Source: Nitrospirales bacterium (lineage in GTDB: Bacteria > Nitrospirota > Nitrospiria > Nitrospirales > UBA8639). From it: DNA of 64,000 nucleotides. Below the pieces are notes generated by a model. It had not been told where the DNA came from, did not search any database, and saw only the letters and a list, made by a program, of their open reading frames with translations. A program made the translations under genes and the position numbers. The stretch lies in contig CBDCWC010000003.1 in the NCBI GenBank assembly GCA_965223295.1, forward strand, positions 1,024,001 through 1,088,000. The letters are read 5' to 3'. Shown here piece by piece: positions 38,545 to 48,225 of this stretch. The first letter of the stretch is position 1. Every line of letters begins with the position of its first letter.

Positions 38545-38616
38545 GAGAAAATGCTTGTGGGAAAAGGGATTTGTGCGTTTTTAGGCATCATGGTATAAAC
38601 GATCCAGATGATGAGA

Positions 38617-38806
38617 GGACTGTTGAATAATGATGATATCCTCGGCCACATTTCGTGTCTGAGGGGCAACATGTCAGAAACCTCGGGTTTGTTCAAAAAA
38701 GTCCGTTCAGCAAGGCCGCAGCTCTTTTTGCACGCGGAACATACTGGCATTATGTGAGCACGGAAAAATAGCGAGAACGCCGCTAACGACTTTTTTCAAC
38801 AAACTC
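38617..38806 (+). repeat. Dispersed repeat, full copy (arm type 2)
   Basis: Same termini and core; abuts the ATG at 38807. Confidence 0.85.
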
Positions 38807-39928
38807 ATGAGAGCTATCCTGGCTATACTGCTGTCCTTCATGGGTCCTGACCTCTTTGCGGCAGACTCGGCTCCTTCGCCCTCCCGTTTTTTCCCTGCCA
38901 AGCCTGGTTATACATATGTCTTTCCGCGGGATCATGGAAGCCATGATGGGTTTCAGACCGAATGGTGGTACTTTACAGGACATGTTCAGGGGGAGTCGGG
39001 ACGCCGATTTGGATATGAGTTAACCTTTTTCCGGCGTGGGATTGATTCGCCACATGTGTGGAAGAATCCTTCGGAATGGGCCATGCGGCATGTGTACTTG
39101 GCACATTTTGCTCTGACAGATGAAAAGACTAAGAAATTTCGAGTTGCCGAGAAAATCAGTCGGGCAGGCATTGGCAAGGCTGGAGCGAAACCTGATCAAT
39201 TAGATGTGTGGATCGATCGATGGCAGGCTGTGACTGTGAGCCCAGCTCATCAACAATTTCATATCCAAGCACAGGCAGAAGGTTTTTCAATTGACTTCAT
39301 TGTCAAATCTCGGAAGCCTCCGGTCATGCATGGAACAAATGGAGTCAGTTACAAGGGACAACAATCTGGCGAGACCTCGCACTATTATTCACTCACACGT
39401 CTCGAGACAACAGGGTCTGTCCAAGTAGATGGGATGACCATACATGTTGAAGGTCTAAGCTGGATGGATCATGAATTTGGTTCGGGAGAGTTAGCCGCCA
39501 ATTTGGTGGGATGGGATTGGTTTAGTATCCAACTCGACAATGAGCATGAACTGATGGCATATGGTTTGCGGCATGCCGATGGAACATTTGATACGGCTTC
39601 AAGCGGCACGTTGATCTTTCCTGATAGTTCGTCCAAGAACATTTCCCTTGAAGACCTAGAGATCTCTGTGACACGGCATTGGAAAAGTCCTGTGAGCCAC
39701 GCACGATATCCCAATCAATGGACGTTGGCGATTCCTGATGAAGGGATTACTCTTGAGCTGTCTCCGCTCATGGCTCATCAAGAACTCGTGACCACACAAA
39801 GTACTGGTGTGACGTATTGGGAAGGTGCCGTCGATGCTGTTGGTGTGTGGAAAGGCCAAAATGTTCATGGCCAGGGGTATGTGGAACTCACAGGGTATGC
39901 GGAACCGTATTCAGTGAAAAGTGAGTAG
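38807..39928 (+). CDS. CrtC/AttH-like lipocalin-fold protein
   Basis: FPRDHGSH..EWWYFTG, SHYYS, SWMDHEF, GWDWFS, YWEG, GYVELTGY. Confidence 0.85.
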   Translation: MRAILAILLSFMGPDLFAADSAPSPSRFFPAKPGYTYVFPRDHGSHDGFQTEWWYFTGHVQGESGRRFGYELTFFRRGIDSPHVWKNPSEWAMRHVYLAHFALTDEKTKKFRVAEKISRAGIGKAGAKPDQLDVWIDRWQAVTVSPAHQQFHIQAQAEGFSIDFIVKSRKPPVMHGTNGVSYKGQQSGETSHYYSLTRLETTGSVQVDGMTIHVEGLSWMDHEFGSGELAANLVGWDWFSIQLDNEHELMAYGLRHADGTFDTASSGTLIFPDSSSKNISLEDLEISVTRHWKSPVSHARYPNQWTLAIPDEGITLELSPLMAHQELVTTQSTGVTYWEGAVDAVGVWKGQNVHGQGYVELTGYAEPYSVKSE

Positions 39929-40032
39929 TAAAAAGTGAAAAGCCAGAAAGAAATATTTCCTGTCGTTTATTCTCCTTCGCTTCCCTTTATACCTACTCCT
40001 TACTCTTTACTCCTTACCCCTTACTTTTCACT
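39913..40032. repeat. Inverted arrays of degenerate heptamers
   Basis: AGTGAAA/AGTGAGT/AGTAAAA/AGTGAAA facing TACTCCT/TACTCTT/TACTCCT/TACCCCT/TACTTTT. Confidence 0.7.
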
Positions 40033-41044
40033 TGTATCTTTTTTGCTGATGGTAAGCCTTGTTGCATGCGGGCAGCGAAGTGATACGATTGTGTCGATAG
40101 CCCTTCATCCCACGAAATCCAACATTATCTATGTCGCCACAGATGAAGCCGTGTATAAATCCAGTGACACCGGTTCTACGTGGACCAGATTTGCAGGAGA
40201 ACTGACGCGGACCCGTGTCATTAGTTTGGCGATTGATCCAAAATTGCCCGCGACAGTCTTTGCTGGGACCATGGGGGATGGGACTTACAAAAGCCCTGAT
40301 GGTGGCCGGACTTGGCACCAATTTAATGCCGGTATTCAGAAAGGGACGATCTCTGCCATCGTCAATCAGATCATCTTTAATCCGCGCGGCACAGAAATGG
40401 TGTATGCCGCCACGACGGTTGGGGTATTTCGAAGCTTGGATGGAGGACGAAATTGGGCAGAACGGATGGTTGGGATGAATGAAGTAAGTTTTGTTGTGTC
40501 TCTGGTGATGGATCCACAACGTCCGAATGTATTGTATGCAGGAACGACCGGTGGGGTATATCGCACGCTTGATGGAGCAGAGCGTTGGGAAAAGAAATCT
40601 CATGGGATGGTGGCGACGGATGCCAAAATGGCATCGATGGCCTTGGGAGTTAATGGGTTGGCCGTTGATCCAACGAATAGTGATATTGTGTATGCCGGTA
40701 CGACCAAAGGTCTATATAAATCCACCGACCAAGGTGAGCATTGGGCGAAGCTTGAGGGCAGTGTTCAAGATTCCTATGTGAGTGCCATTCAATTAGATCC
40801 TACTCAACCGTCCTCCTTGTATTTAGCCACGAGCGATCGTGTGCAAAAAAGTGAAGATTCCGGCGTGACATGGCAACCGAAAGTCAATGGGTTAGATGCC
40901 ACGAGTATCCGTAGCTTGCAAATTAGCCCAAGTGACCCTCAGGTCCTATATGTTGGGACAAATGGCGGAGGCCTGTATCGCAGTGAAAACGGGGGAGAAT
41001 CCTGGAAGCGCTTGCCTCTTGTCCTTGCCTCACCATCCTCATAG
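39935..41044 (+). CDS. BNR/Asp-box beta-propeller lipoprotein (VPS10-like)
   Basis: Repeated YKSxDGGxTW Asp-boxes, LVAC lipobox; start uncertain. Confidence 0.85.
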   Translation: MKSQKEIFPVVYSPSLPFIPTPYSLLLTPYFSLVSFLLMVSLVACGQRSDTIVSIALHPTKSNIIYVATDEAVYKSSDTGSTWTRFAGELTRTRVISLAIDPKLPATVFAGTMGDGTYKSPDGGRTWHQFNAGIQKGTISAIVNQIIFNPRGTEMVYAATTVGVFRSLDGGRNWAERMVGMNEVSFVVSLVMDPQRPNVLYAGTTGGVYRTLDGAERWEKKSHGMVATDAKMASMALGVNGLAVDPTNSDIVYAGTTKGLYKSTDQGEHWAKLEGSVQDSYVSAIQLDPTQPSSLYLATSDRVQKSEDSGVTWQPKVNGLDATSIRSLQISPSDPQVLYVGTNGGGLYRSENGGESWKRLPLVLASPSS

Positions 41045-41243
41045 CGTTCGCTGAAATTCCGAGAAAAAGCGACAATCTCTAGGTAGGATCCATGTCAGCT
41101 CACCAGGAAAGGGAGATGAATTGACGTATCCTCATTCTATGTTATGAAATAAAAAATACAGTTCCATTGGATTTACCTGATACCCCCCCCTGGCAATGTT
41201 CAGTCGCACTTCCTCCGTTTTCTCGTATTGTTCCTGTTAAGAG

Positions 41244-42086
41244 ATGAGTGAGTCTTTGAGAGCCCGGCCCCAGCAACCACTGTCTTCCGAACGTTCAAAT
41301 ACTGTTTGGTTGTTGTCTTCGGGAAATCTCAGCATTTCATCGGTAGAATCACTCATGGCTCTTATGCCTATTATTTTTCTTGCACTTATCTGGTTGGCGT
41401 TTTGGGTCTCACCAAATTTTTATTTCACGTATATGCTGGAAGAGAACAACCGGGAATATCAAATTATTGAAATTCTGACTTTTGTATCGGCTGCGTTGGC
41501 GGGTGGTATTTTGATTTACGTGACGCATCAGTTTTGGGTCCTGCATTCTGTGGAGGCGGCAATCTGGGTTGGGATTTTGGCTTTGGCAACTGTCTTTTTT
41601 GCTGGAGAAGAAATTAGTTGGGGACAGAGTTATTTCCAATGGGACACTCCGCAGTGGTGGGGAGAATATATTAGTCGTGAAACAAATTTTCATAATAGTC
41701 GTGCAGAGCACGCCAATAGTATTCGATTGACCCATTGGGGAGGCGTCTTTCTCTTGGCGATGTTCGTCATCTTTCCAATCTTGTGGATGAACCAGAGCCG
41801 AATAGGATTGTCTCTGAATCTTGCTCCGGCGATGCCTGACTTTGGGTCTGTGTTTACAATTGTTGTCGCGTCTCTGTATCGAGAGTCGAAAAGTATTTTT
41901 GAATCTATGCTTCCTGCTGGAGCCATCTATGATAGTTTTCTCTGGGGAATAAGTGAACATCGAGAAATGATTGTAGCCATTGGCCTCTTGATCTACGCCA
42001 TTTCTCGCTGGAGGGTTATAAACGACCACGCTTTATCGACAGAACGCGTTGCCTTCTCCGATCACAAGACCCGGAGAAATGTTTAA
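41244..42086 (+). CDS. Hypothetical multi-pass membrane protein
   Basis: EEISWGQ..ETNFHN motif and about 6 TM segments. Confidence 0.75.
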   Translation: MSESLRARPQQPLSSERSNTVWLLSSGNLSISSVESLMALMPIIFLALIWLAFWVSPNFYFTYMLEENNREYQIIEILTFVSAALAGGILIYVTHQFWVLHSVEAAIWVGILALATVFFAGEEISWGQSYFQWDTPQWWGEYISRETNFHNSRAEHANSIRLTHWGGVFLLAMFVIFPILWMNQSRIGLSLNLAPAMPDFGSVFTIVVASLYRESKSIFESMLPAGAIYDSFLWGISEHREMIVAIGLLIYAISRWRVINDHALSTERVAFSDHKTRRNV

Positions 42087-42192
42087 ATTCTGCGTAGAAA
42101 AAAGAACGGAAAGCTAGAGCGAGAAGTCAGGCCTTCAGGTTACCCACACCATTTCCTTTTTCAAATGTTTCGAAGCCAAGAAATGTGGAAGG

Positions 42193-43182
42193 TTAGTGGC
42201 CTGTCCAGGAATCAGGGAGAAGGAAGTAAAGGTCCATGGTGAGCCGGCCGCCATAGGTCGGCCCAAAGTCTTTACTGTTGAGTTGATCATTCCAGGTTTC
42301 TAGAGTAAAAGGGTAGGCGCGCAGAGCCGCTGTCCAAAACCGCTCTTCCAACGAATCTCCGCGTTCCCCGTTGAAAATTCCGGAATCAATGGTCGCCCCA
42401 AGTTCCAGCTCAAACCACGGGCGAAGCGTCTGTTCGTCATACCACCCATAGCTAATCGAACCTTGGGCAGCATAGGAAGCATGGGCTAGATCATGAAAGG
42501 CCGCTCCTGTCCCAATGCGCGAGGCTCTCACCATACCGGAAAACCGGAGTGGACGAAAGACACTGGCAATCAATCCTTGCTTATCCCCATTCAGATATTC
42601 AATGGTCTTTAAGGGAGACCATCGACGAAATCCCGATCGTGCAAACAGTTCATGAAATAAACTCCCGGTCTGACCTCCACCGCTGAGGTAGACAATGCGT
42701 TTTTGCCCCGCGATGCCCCACCAGCGAGTGAGGGATCCAGAAATGGCAAAATCTGTTTGATTTCGTTTTTTTTCGACTGGGACCGTAGGAATACCCCAAA
42801 CCCCATCATGAATCAGGTCGTTTTGTAGGAACTCTGTGGGTTGGTTGCGAGTTGGCCCAATTCCTAATGTGAGATTAGTACTCCAGTTTTCAAAGGTGTT
42901 TGCGAAATGTTCCGTCCAGCTGAGGGTGATGAAATTTATTCCCATGGTCTCACGAATTCCATTGAATCGTTCACCCTCTCCGTTAAACTCAGTAAAACGA
43001 AAGAGTGAAAATCCCAAGGATAGTTGAGGTGCTTGATCAGGGTAAGACAAGGCGCCCCAATGAATCGAGGGTGCAGGCGTTTCTCCTTTGGCGGCTAAAG
43101 GGATGAACTCAAGAACTCCAACAAGGAAAAACGTGAAAACAAGTTTTATGACAGCATGGAGGAGAGTGGAATGTGATTTCAT
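42193..43182 (-). CDS. Hypothetical outer-membrane beta-barrel-like protein
   Basis: Signal peptide, alternating aromatic strands, loosely LpxR-like. Confidence 0.55.
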   Translation of the reverse strand: MKSHSTLLHAVIKLVFTFFLVGVLEFIPLAAKGETPAPSIHWGALSYPDQAPQLSLGFSLFRFTEFNGEGERFNGIRETMGINFITLSWTEHFANTFENWSTNLTLGIGPTRNQPTEFLQNDLIHDGVWGIPTVPVEKKRNQTDFAISGSLTRWWGIAGQKRIVYLSGGGQTGSLFHELFARSGFRRWSPLKTIEYLNGDKQGLIASVFRPLRFSGMVRASRIGTGAAFHDLAHASYAAQGSISYGWYDEQTLRPWFELELGATIDSGIFNGERGDSLEERFWTAALRAYPFTLETWNDQLNSKDFGPTYGGRLTMDLYFLLPDSWTGH

Positions 43183-43383
43183 ACTTTTTTCGATGAACAG
43201 GTTGCTAGGCTTTGCAAAACTCAATTTATACAGAAGTAAAAAAGACAAACTTTTAGAAGTTTGGTGGTCTTGCTGTGAAGAAAAATCTTAAATCGTTAAA
43301 TTGAAGCATGGCATGACTGTGTAAACAACTCTCTTTCTGAAAGTCATGACGACGGTGGACATGAAAAACAATCAATGGAGGAG

Positions 43384-43782
43384 TTAGGAAGTCACGGCTT
43401 CATTGACCATGGCGACGAGTTCACGAAAATTACAGGGCTTATCAATAATGGCATAAGCACCGAGGTCAAGGGCCTTGAGCTTTTCTTTCTCATCAATGAG
43501 TCCGCTAAGCATAATGACACGGGGCGTATACCCATTCAAACTCAGGCTGCTCTGCACTTTTTCGAGTAAAACAAGTCCATTCATAATAGGCATTTGGTAA
43601 TCGGCAATGACGATATCAGCGTGATGGTCTTGTAACCATTCTAAAGCTGCAGCCCCATTTTCAGATTCGGCACAGTCAAAGCCAGACGATTCAAGGACGC
43701 CGCGGACCATATGGCGGACAGCCGGTTCGTCATCGACGATCAAAACATGTCGTCCAATCTGAGGGGGATTATTCGTCACCAA
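43384..43782 (-). CDS. Single-domain response regulator
   Basis: VLIVDDE, IADYQMP, LSG, DKP. Confidence 0.9.
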   Translation of the reverse strand: MVTNNPPQIGRHVLIVDDEPAVRHMVRGVLESSGFDCAESENGAAALEWLQDHHADIVIADYQMPIMNGLVLLEKVQSSLSLNGYTPRVIMLSGLIDEKEKLKALDLGAYAIIDKPCNFRELVAMVNEAVTS

Positions 43783-44189
43783 GTTTGTCCCTTTTAGACC
43801 CTTCTGTCCTGCATCAAACTATCTTGAATGATGCCCTAGGGTCAGCTACCCGGACTATTCTGAAATCTGAGGTATTGTACATACGTACTACGCCTTGGGG
43901 AATACCCTTACCGTATATTTTGTGGAGTGGGGTTTTTGGTAGCACAATGCTTAATAATTGTGCAAAGTGTTGATTGGTCTATGAATGGACCAACCTTGCA
44001 GGAAGAATCTTCTTTACTCACAATCTTATCAACAGAATTAGGGGATTGGTCGAGATATTCGTAAGTCAATGAAATTTATGAATTATCAATTAAACTTCTC
44101 TAGCAGCCTGAAGGGAAAAACATTCAATTCATTAACAGGCCACGTATTCGCCAACCAGCAAGCGAAAATAGACAAGCAAGCCCTCAAAA

Positions 44190-44269
44190 GGGATTGTTGA
44201 ATAATGATGATATCAACGGCCAAATTTCGTCTCTGCAACGTACCATGTCAGCGGCCTCGGGTGTGTTCA
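44190..44269 (+). repeat. Dispersed repeat, left arm only
   Basis: Closely matches 38617-38695. Confidence 0.75.
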
Positions 44270-44294
44270 CTTGGCGTAACGAGTAAAGATCGGC

Positions 44295-44768
44295 TTATGG
44301 GTGAAATGATTCGGCTATTTGAGATTGTATGGTCTCATACAAAGGAGTTGCCGGAAGCAATTCGAGAGTTGGCAAGCCTAACTGGATGGCTTGTTCCACG
44401 ACGAGGCGAGCCACGCGCATGCGGGGAATAACTTCAGAAGGGAAGGCTTCCTGCAGAGAGCCAAAGGTTTTAGGGGGAATTTTGACCAAAAATGGATCGC
44501 CCTCAGGGGAGGAAAAAATGAAGCATTCAAGATTCGAATCGCCGATTTTATAGGTCAATTTGAAAGTGAGATGACAGGGGTCAAGGGAATGATCTGTTGA
44601 AGTAAACTGTTGAAAGGTGCTCTCGACAACATCACGGGTTATGTCGGCAGGCAGACCCGGCCGCCACTCGGGCATGCCGGATAATTCCCGATGGTAATAG
44701 CCATCAGCAGTTTGGGCCACTCGCCAAGTCACACCTTCATTGAAAAAAGAAATGATCTGTAAGGCCAT
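44295..44768 (-). CDS. Hypothetical protein
   Basis: 157-aa ORF; no recognised motif. Confidence 0.55.
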   Translation of the reverse strand: MALQIISFFNEGVTWRVAQTADGYYHRELSGMPEWRPGLPADITRDVVESTFQQFTSTDHSLDPCHLTFKLTYKIGDSNLECFIFSSPEGDPFLVKIPPKTFGSLQEAFPSEVIPRMRVARLVVEQAIQLGLPTLELLPATPLYETIQSQIAESFHP

Positions 44769-45033
44769 GAGGACAATTGCAGCTAAAACGCGTGGTTGAA
44801 GATTAAAAAAGAAATGACATTGAGCAGGTTGAACAACACCTTGCTGTGGGGAGTAAAATTTTCAAACATGCTATTACTGTATCAGCATATTGACGAATAC
44901 AATAGAGAGGCAGAGATGAATACTTCGATCAAGTCCTGATATGTCAGTTGTAAATTCTATCGAATTCCTCCACCTACTGAGTGAAGTCCAGACGATTGAA
45001 GCGCAGAAAATAAAGCTTCCCAAATAATCTTCA

Positions 45034-45071
45034 ATATATTGTAGAATCTCTAATTGTGTTCTACAATATAT
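45034..45071. promoter_or_regulatory. 13-bp inverted repeat, operator candidate
   Basis: ATATATTGTAGAA-N12-TTCTACAATATAT, 34 bp before the lipoprotein start. Confidence 0.55.
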
Positions 45072-45104
45072 GCAACGAAGAATATGAGTGAAGGAGGCAG
45101 AGTT

Positions 45105-46118
45105 ATGAAATGTAGATCCCGGCGAAGGTTAACTAACGTGATCATGATACTCGGACTGTTTGGTGTGTTGTTTGGATGTGCGAGTACTTCGACAATGCAG
45201 GAGCCATTGATGGGAGAAGGATTTCAAGCTTCTTTGCCGAAGGCCGGGGCTCGCGTTGCGGTGTGGGGAAATCATTCAGGAGCTGTCACACGCACATTGC
45301 GGTGGTTGCATGAACACCAAATATTTGGCGTGGATGCCTCAACAATTGAAGGGAAATTGACGGACCCAGGGTTTTTTCGTCGAACCAATAGAGAACAAAA
45401 GGCACAAGTGTTAACAGCTGCCCAGTCGGCAGGAGTTCCCCTCGTCTTATTCACGAGGGTGGAGGGAAATCAGTTTGGCCGAAAATTTGACCTTGTAAAT
45501 TTTGCCGAGCAACCTCTGAAAATTATGGGCGTGGAAATCCGCGGAATGAAAGCGGAAACTGGGGATGTCGTGTTTGGCGGAAAGGCTTGGAATTCTAAGC
45601 CTCTCGTGGAATCTGAGGATCTCGTACAAGACCTTACGAGTTTAGCGCTCCAAAAAGCTTGGAATGAACCGGCCCGTGTTCCTCTTGAAGAGGAGTTGGT
45701 TCAAGAAGACTACACACGGGAATCAACGAGAGGTGGGGCAATGTATTCAGAAGAGCTTCCACCTCGTGAGGAAATTTCTCAATCTGAAACAGATGGAACT
45801 TCCTCACAGGAAAATCACTCAGACTTGGGAGTCCAGATTGCTAGTGGTGCCCTTTCAGTCCTTTATACCCCTGTCAAAGTTGTGTATGCAGGCTTAGGAG
45901 GATTTATGGGCAGCCTCGCATATATTCTGACAGCCGGGAACACAGAGGTGGCCCAATCGGTTTGGGATGCGAGCTTAGAGGGAGACTATTGGGTAACCCC
46001 GGAACATGTCCAAGGGGAAAAAGCCATTCGTTTTCAAGGAGAACCTTCCAGAGTTGTTTCACTCCAGCCAGCCAGGGTGGAGGCAGCTCGTGCCCATGAG
46101 CTTACGGTGAGTGAATAA
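45105..46118 (+). CDS. Hypothetical lipoprotein
   Basis: RBS GGAGG, LFGC lipobox, hydrophobic C-terminal region. Confidence 0.7.
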   Translation: MKCRSRRRLTNVIMILGLFGVLFGCASTSTMQEPLMGEGFQASLPKAGARVAVWGNHSGAVTRTLRWLHEHQIFGVDASTIEGKLTDPGFFRRTNREQKAQVLTAAQSAGVPLVLFTRVEGNQFGRKFDLVNFAEQPLKIMGVEIRGMKAETGDVVFGGKAWNSKPLVESEDLVQDLTSLALQKAWNEPARVPLEEELVQEDYTRESTRGGAMYSEELPPREEISQSETDGTSSQENHSDLGVQIASGALSVLYTPVKVVYAGLGGFMGSLAYILTAGNTEVAQSVWDASLEGDYWVTPEHVQGEKAIRFQGEPSRVVSLQPARVEAARAHELTVSE

Positions 46119-46173
46119 TCTCAGAACTCTTTCTTAAAGACTTCGACAAACTTTTTCATAGTATCGGAAGATT

Positions 46174-46941
46174 TCATTCCTTTAGATAGGGAAGATCGTC
46201 ACTCCAGTTCCAATAGCACACGTTGGTTTCTGAACAGGAGATGGCTACGGCTCCCACATGTTCAGAACTACCGGTTATGCGAAATAAGGAGCATGGTTCT
46301 TTTTGGTTTTGTGATGGTACCAATGTTACTCGCGCTTGATTCGGATTGAGCGTCATTTCGCAATCTGCTAATCCCCCTGAAATTCCACTCCCCTGCATTT
46401 TGAGATACGCCTCCTTACCAGTCCAGTAGGAAAAGAATTGCCGAGTTTGTTCCTCTGGAGGCAGAGAGGCCAAATAGTCTGATTCGCGTTGAGAAAAGTA
46501 GCGCTGCACGATGTCCTGGTTTTGAATTTTCCTGTTTACCCACTCCACATCGACACCGACAGAATGTTGAGGGCTGAACGCAATGAAGGCCAAGCCTTTG
46601 GTATGGGACACATTAAAATGAATTGGCTGTGCGCCATTGATATTCAATATAGGCTTCCCTTGGGGCTGGGTTTCGATCGAGAGTTGCCTGGGCGAGATCG
46701 TCAAGTATCGGCCCAACAGTATTCGAAGGATTGCCCGTGTGATAATAAATTGATATTGGGGGTGCGGAATACGGCACCGGTCAGCTCGAGTTATTTCATC
46801 CTCTAATAGATAGAGTTGATACCGAGCGGCCCGCTCAGGCGAATCATCTAATACAATACGCCACACATGGACCGTATCTGGGTCTAGTCTGGTCGACAAA
46901 TCTCTAGGGGGAATCCCCCAATGCGGAGGAAAAGGCTTCAT
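46174..46941 (-). CDS. Sfp-type 4'-phosphopantetheinyl transferase
   Basis: GKP, FNVSHT, VGVDVE, FFSYWTGKEAYLKMQGSG. Confidence 0.9.
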   Translation of the reverse strand: MKPFPPHWGIPPRDLSTRLDPDTVHVWRIVLDDSPERAARYQLYLLEDEITRADRCRIPHPQYQFIITRAILRILLGRYLTISPRQLSIETQPQGKPILNINGAQPIHFNVSHTKGLAFIAFSPQHSVGVDVEWVNRKIQNQDIVQRYFSQRESDYLASLPPEEQTRQFFSYWTGKEAYLKMQGSGISGGLADCEMTLNPNQARVTLVPSQNQKEPCSLFRITGSSEHVGAVAISCSETNVCYWNWSDDLPYLKE

Positions 46942-47058
46942 TCAACATGAAATTGTAACCGAAGAAATCCTGGTCTGAAAGTTTCTCACCGGCATTAAAC
47001 CCAATCTATTATGGAAAACACGGGGTTATTAATTTAGGACTTTGACAATTGATAGGAT

Positions 47059-47086
47059 GCCCCCGTCGGAGTTGACCGACGAGGGC
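47059..47086 (-). terminator. Hairpin downstream of the 47115 gene
   Basis: GCCCCCGTCGG/CCGACGAGGGC stem. Confidence 0.5.
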
Positions 47087-47114
47087 TGTAAATTGCTGAA
47101 CTTAGATAGCGAAG

Positions 47115-47936
47115 CTACTCAACCTTGAAGCAGCTTTCAACGGCTGTCTGATTGTAGCTTGCCTCTCGTGCCAAGACTTCATACTTAAATTCGTCGCCTT
47201 GAGCAAGAAATTCCGCTGGAATTTCAATGGCAGTTTCTCCGGGTGGGAGGGTGACATGTATGACTGAAGGGAAACTCTCTCCATCAACATCCACTTCAAC
47301 TTCGACCACGACTTCGTAGTTGTGAATGTTCACTGGGACGGGTGGTTGCACTCCTGCGCCACCCCCATTGGGATCCGGGTGGGAGTTCATGACCGGTGGC
47401 CAAGCTATAGTGACGGGAGCTTCCGTGACGGTGATGTCAAATCCTGGGTCTTCTTCGTCACAGTTTTGTGACATAGGGAGTCCATTGACAGTCGGTTCTG
47501 CCGGTGCTGGCATGACATGTGTTAGTTCCACTTCGCTCTCAAGTTCTTGCCCGCTCAAGGTTTTGCCTTCGATTTCATAAATTCCTTGCCGAAATCGACG
47601 GAAAAACCGTTGAGGAGACAGTTCATCAAATGTTGGTTCGGCACTTTCAAAGAAAATTTCTGTTAAACCTTGCCGCTTTAATCGGCCGCTGACTTTAATA
47701 TCAAGCATTTTTCGTTCGCTTGGGTCTTCGATCTCTAATTTTTTCCAAGGGTCTCCATCGATCAGTGCATGAATGCCAAGGTCCCCATCAGTATTGTTGA
47801 GTTCAAAGAACAAGTGCGCTTCTGAAAACGGGATTTCGTTCTCATCTTCTGCCCAACTTATGGTTCCAATGCTGCACAGCGATACTGTCAGAGCGATGGC
47901 CCAAAGAAGAGAGTATGTGGAGATTCGTCTGCTCAT
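47115..47936 (-). CDS. Hypothetical exported acidic protein
   Basis: RBS AGGAGA, signal peptide (ISWA), FELNNTDGDLG..ESAEP. Confidence 0.75.
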   Translation of the reverse strand: MSRRISTYSLLWAIALTVSLCSIGTISWAEDENEIPFSEAHLFFELNNTDGDLGIHALIDGDPWKKLEIEDPSERKMLDIKVSGRLKRQGLTEIFFESAEPTFDELSPQRFFRRFRQGIYEIEGKTLSGQELESEVELTHVMPAPAEPTVNGLPMSQNCDEEDPGFDITVTEAPVTIAWPPVMNSHPDPNGGGAGVQPPVPVNIHNYEVVVEVEVDVDGESFPSVIHVTLPPGETAIEIPAEFLAQGDEFKYEVLAREASYNQTAVESCFKVE

Positions 47937-48225
47937 GGTGTGTTCTCCTTGCATGTGTAAAAAGTGAAGTGTTGGCTATTTCGTTCGTCATAATCCAAGG
48001 CCATCAGTTTCGTACTGAACTCAGGGAGTTTTTGTGATTTATCGAGTTCATCTTGTTCAGTTTTTCTTTTCCCTCCTTTCTGCCAGTGATTGGCTGTGAA
48101 TCCCTAACAACATCGAGAAAGCCTGGACTAAGACTTTCCGCTAAGCATACGAGGGAAAGCTTACGAGAAGCTGGCCATAGAATTACCAACTGATAAGAAA
48201 CGCCGAAGAGCGACAACTATTGTGG

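Noticed and set aside
46174-46941. Biosynthetic gene cluster around the PPTase
   Set aside because: No carrier protein, NRPS or PKS genes in the window.
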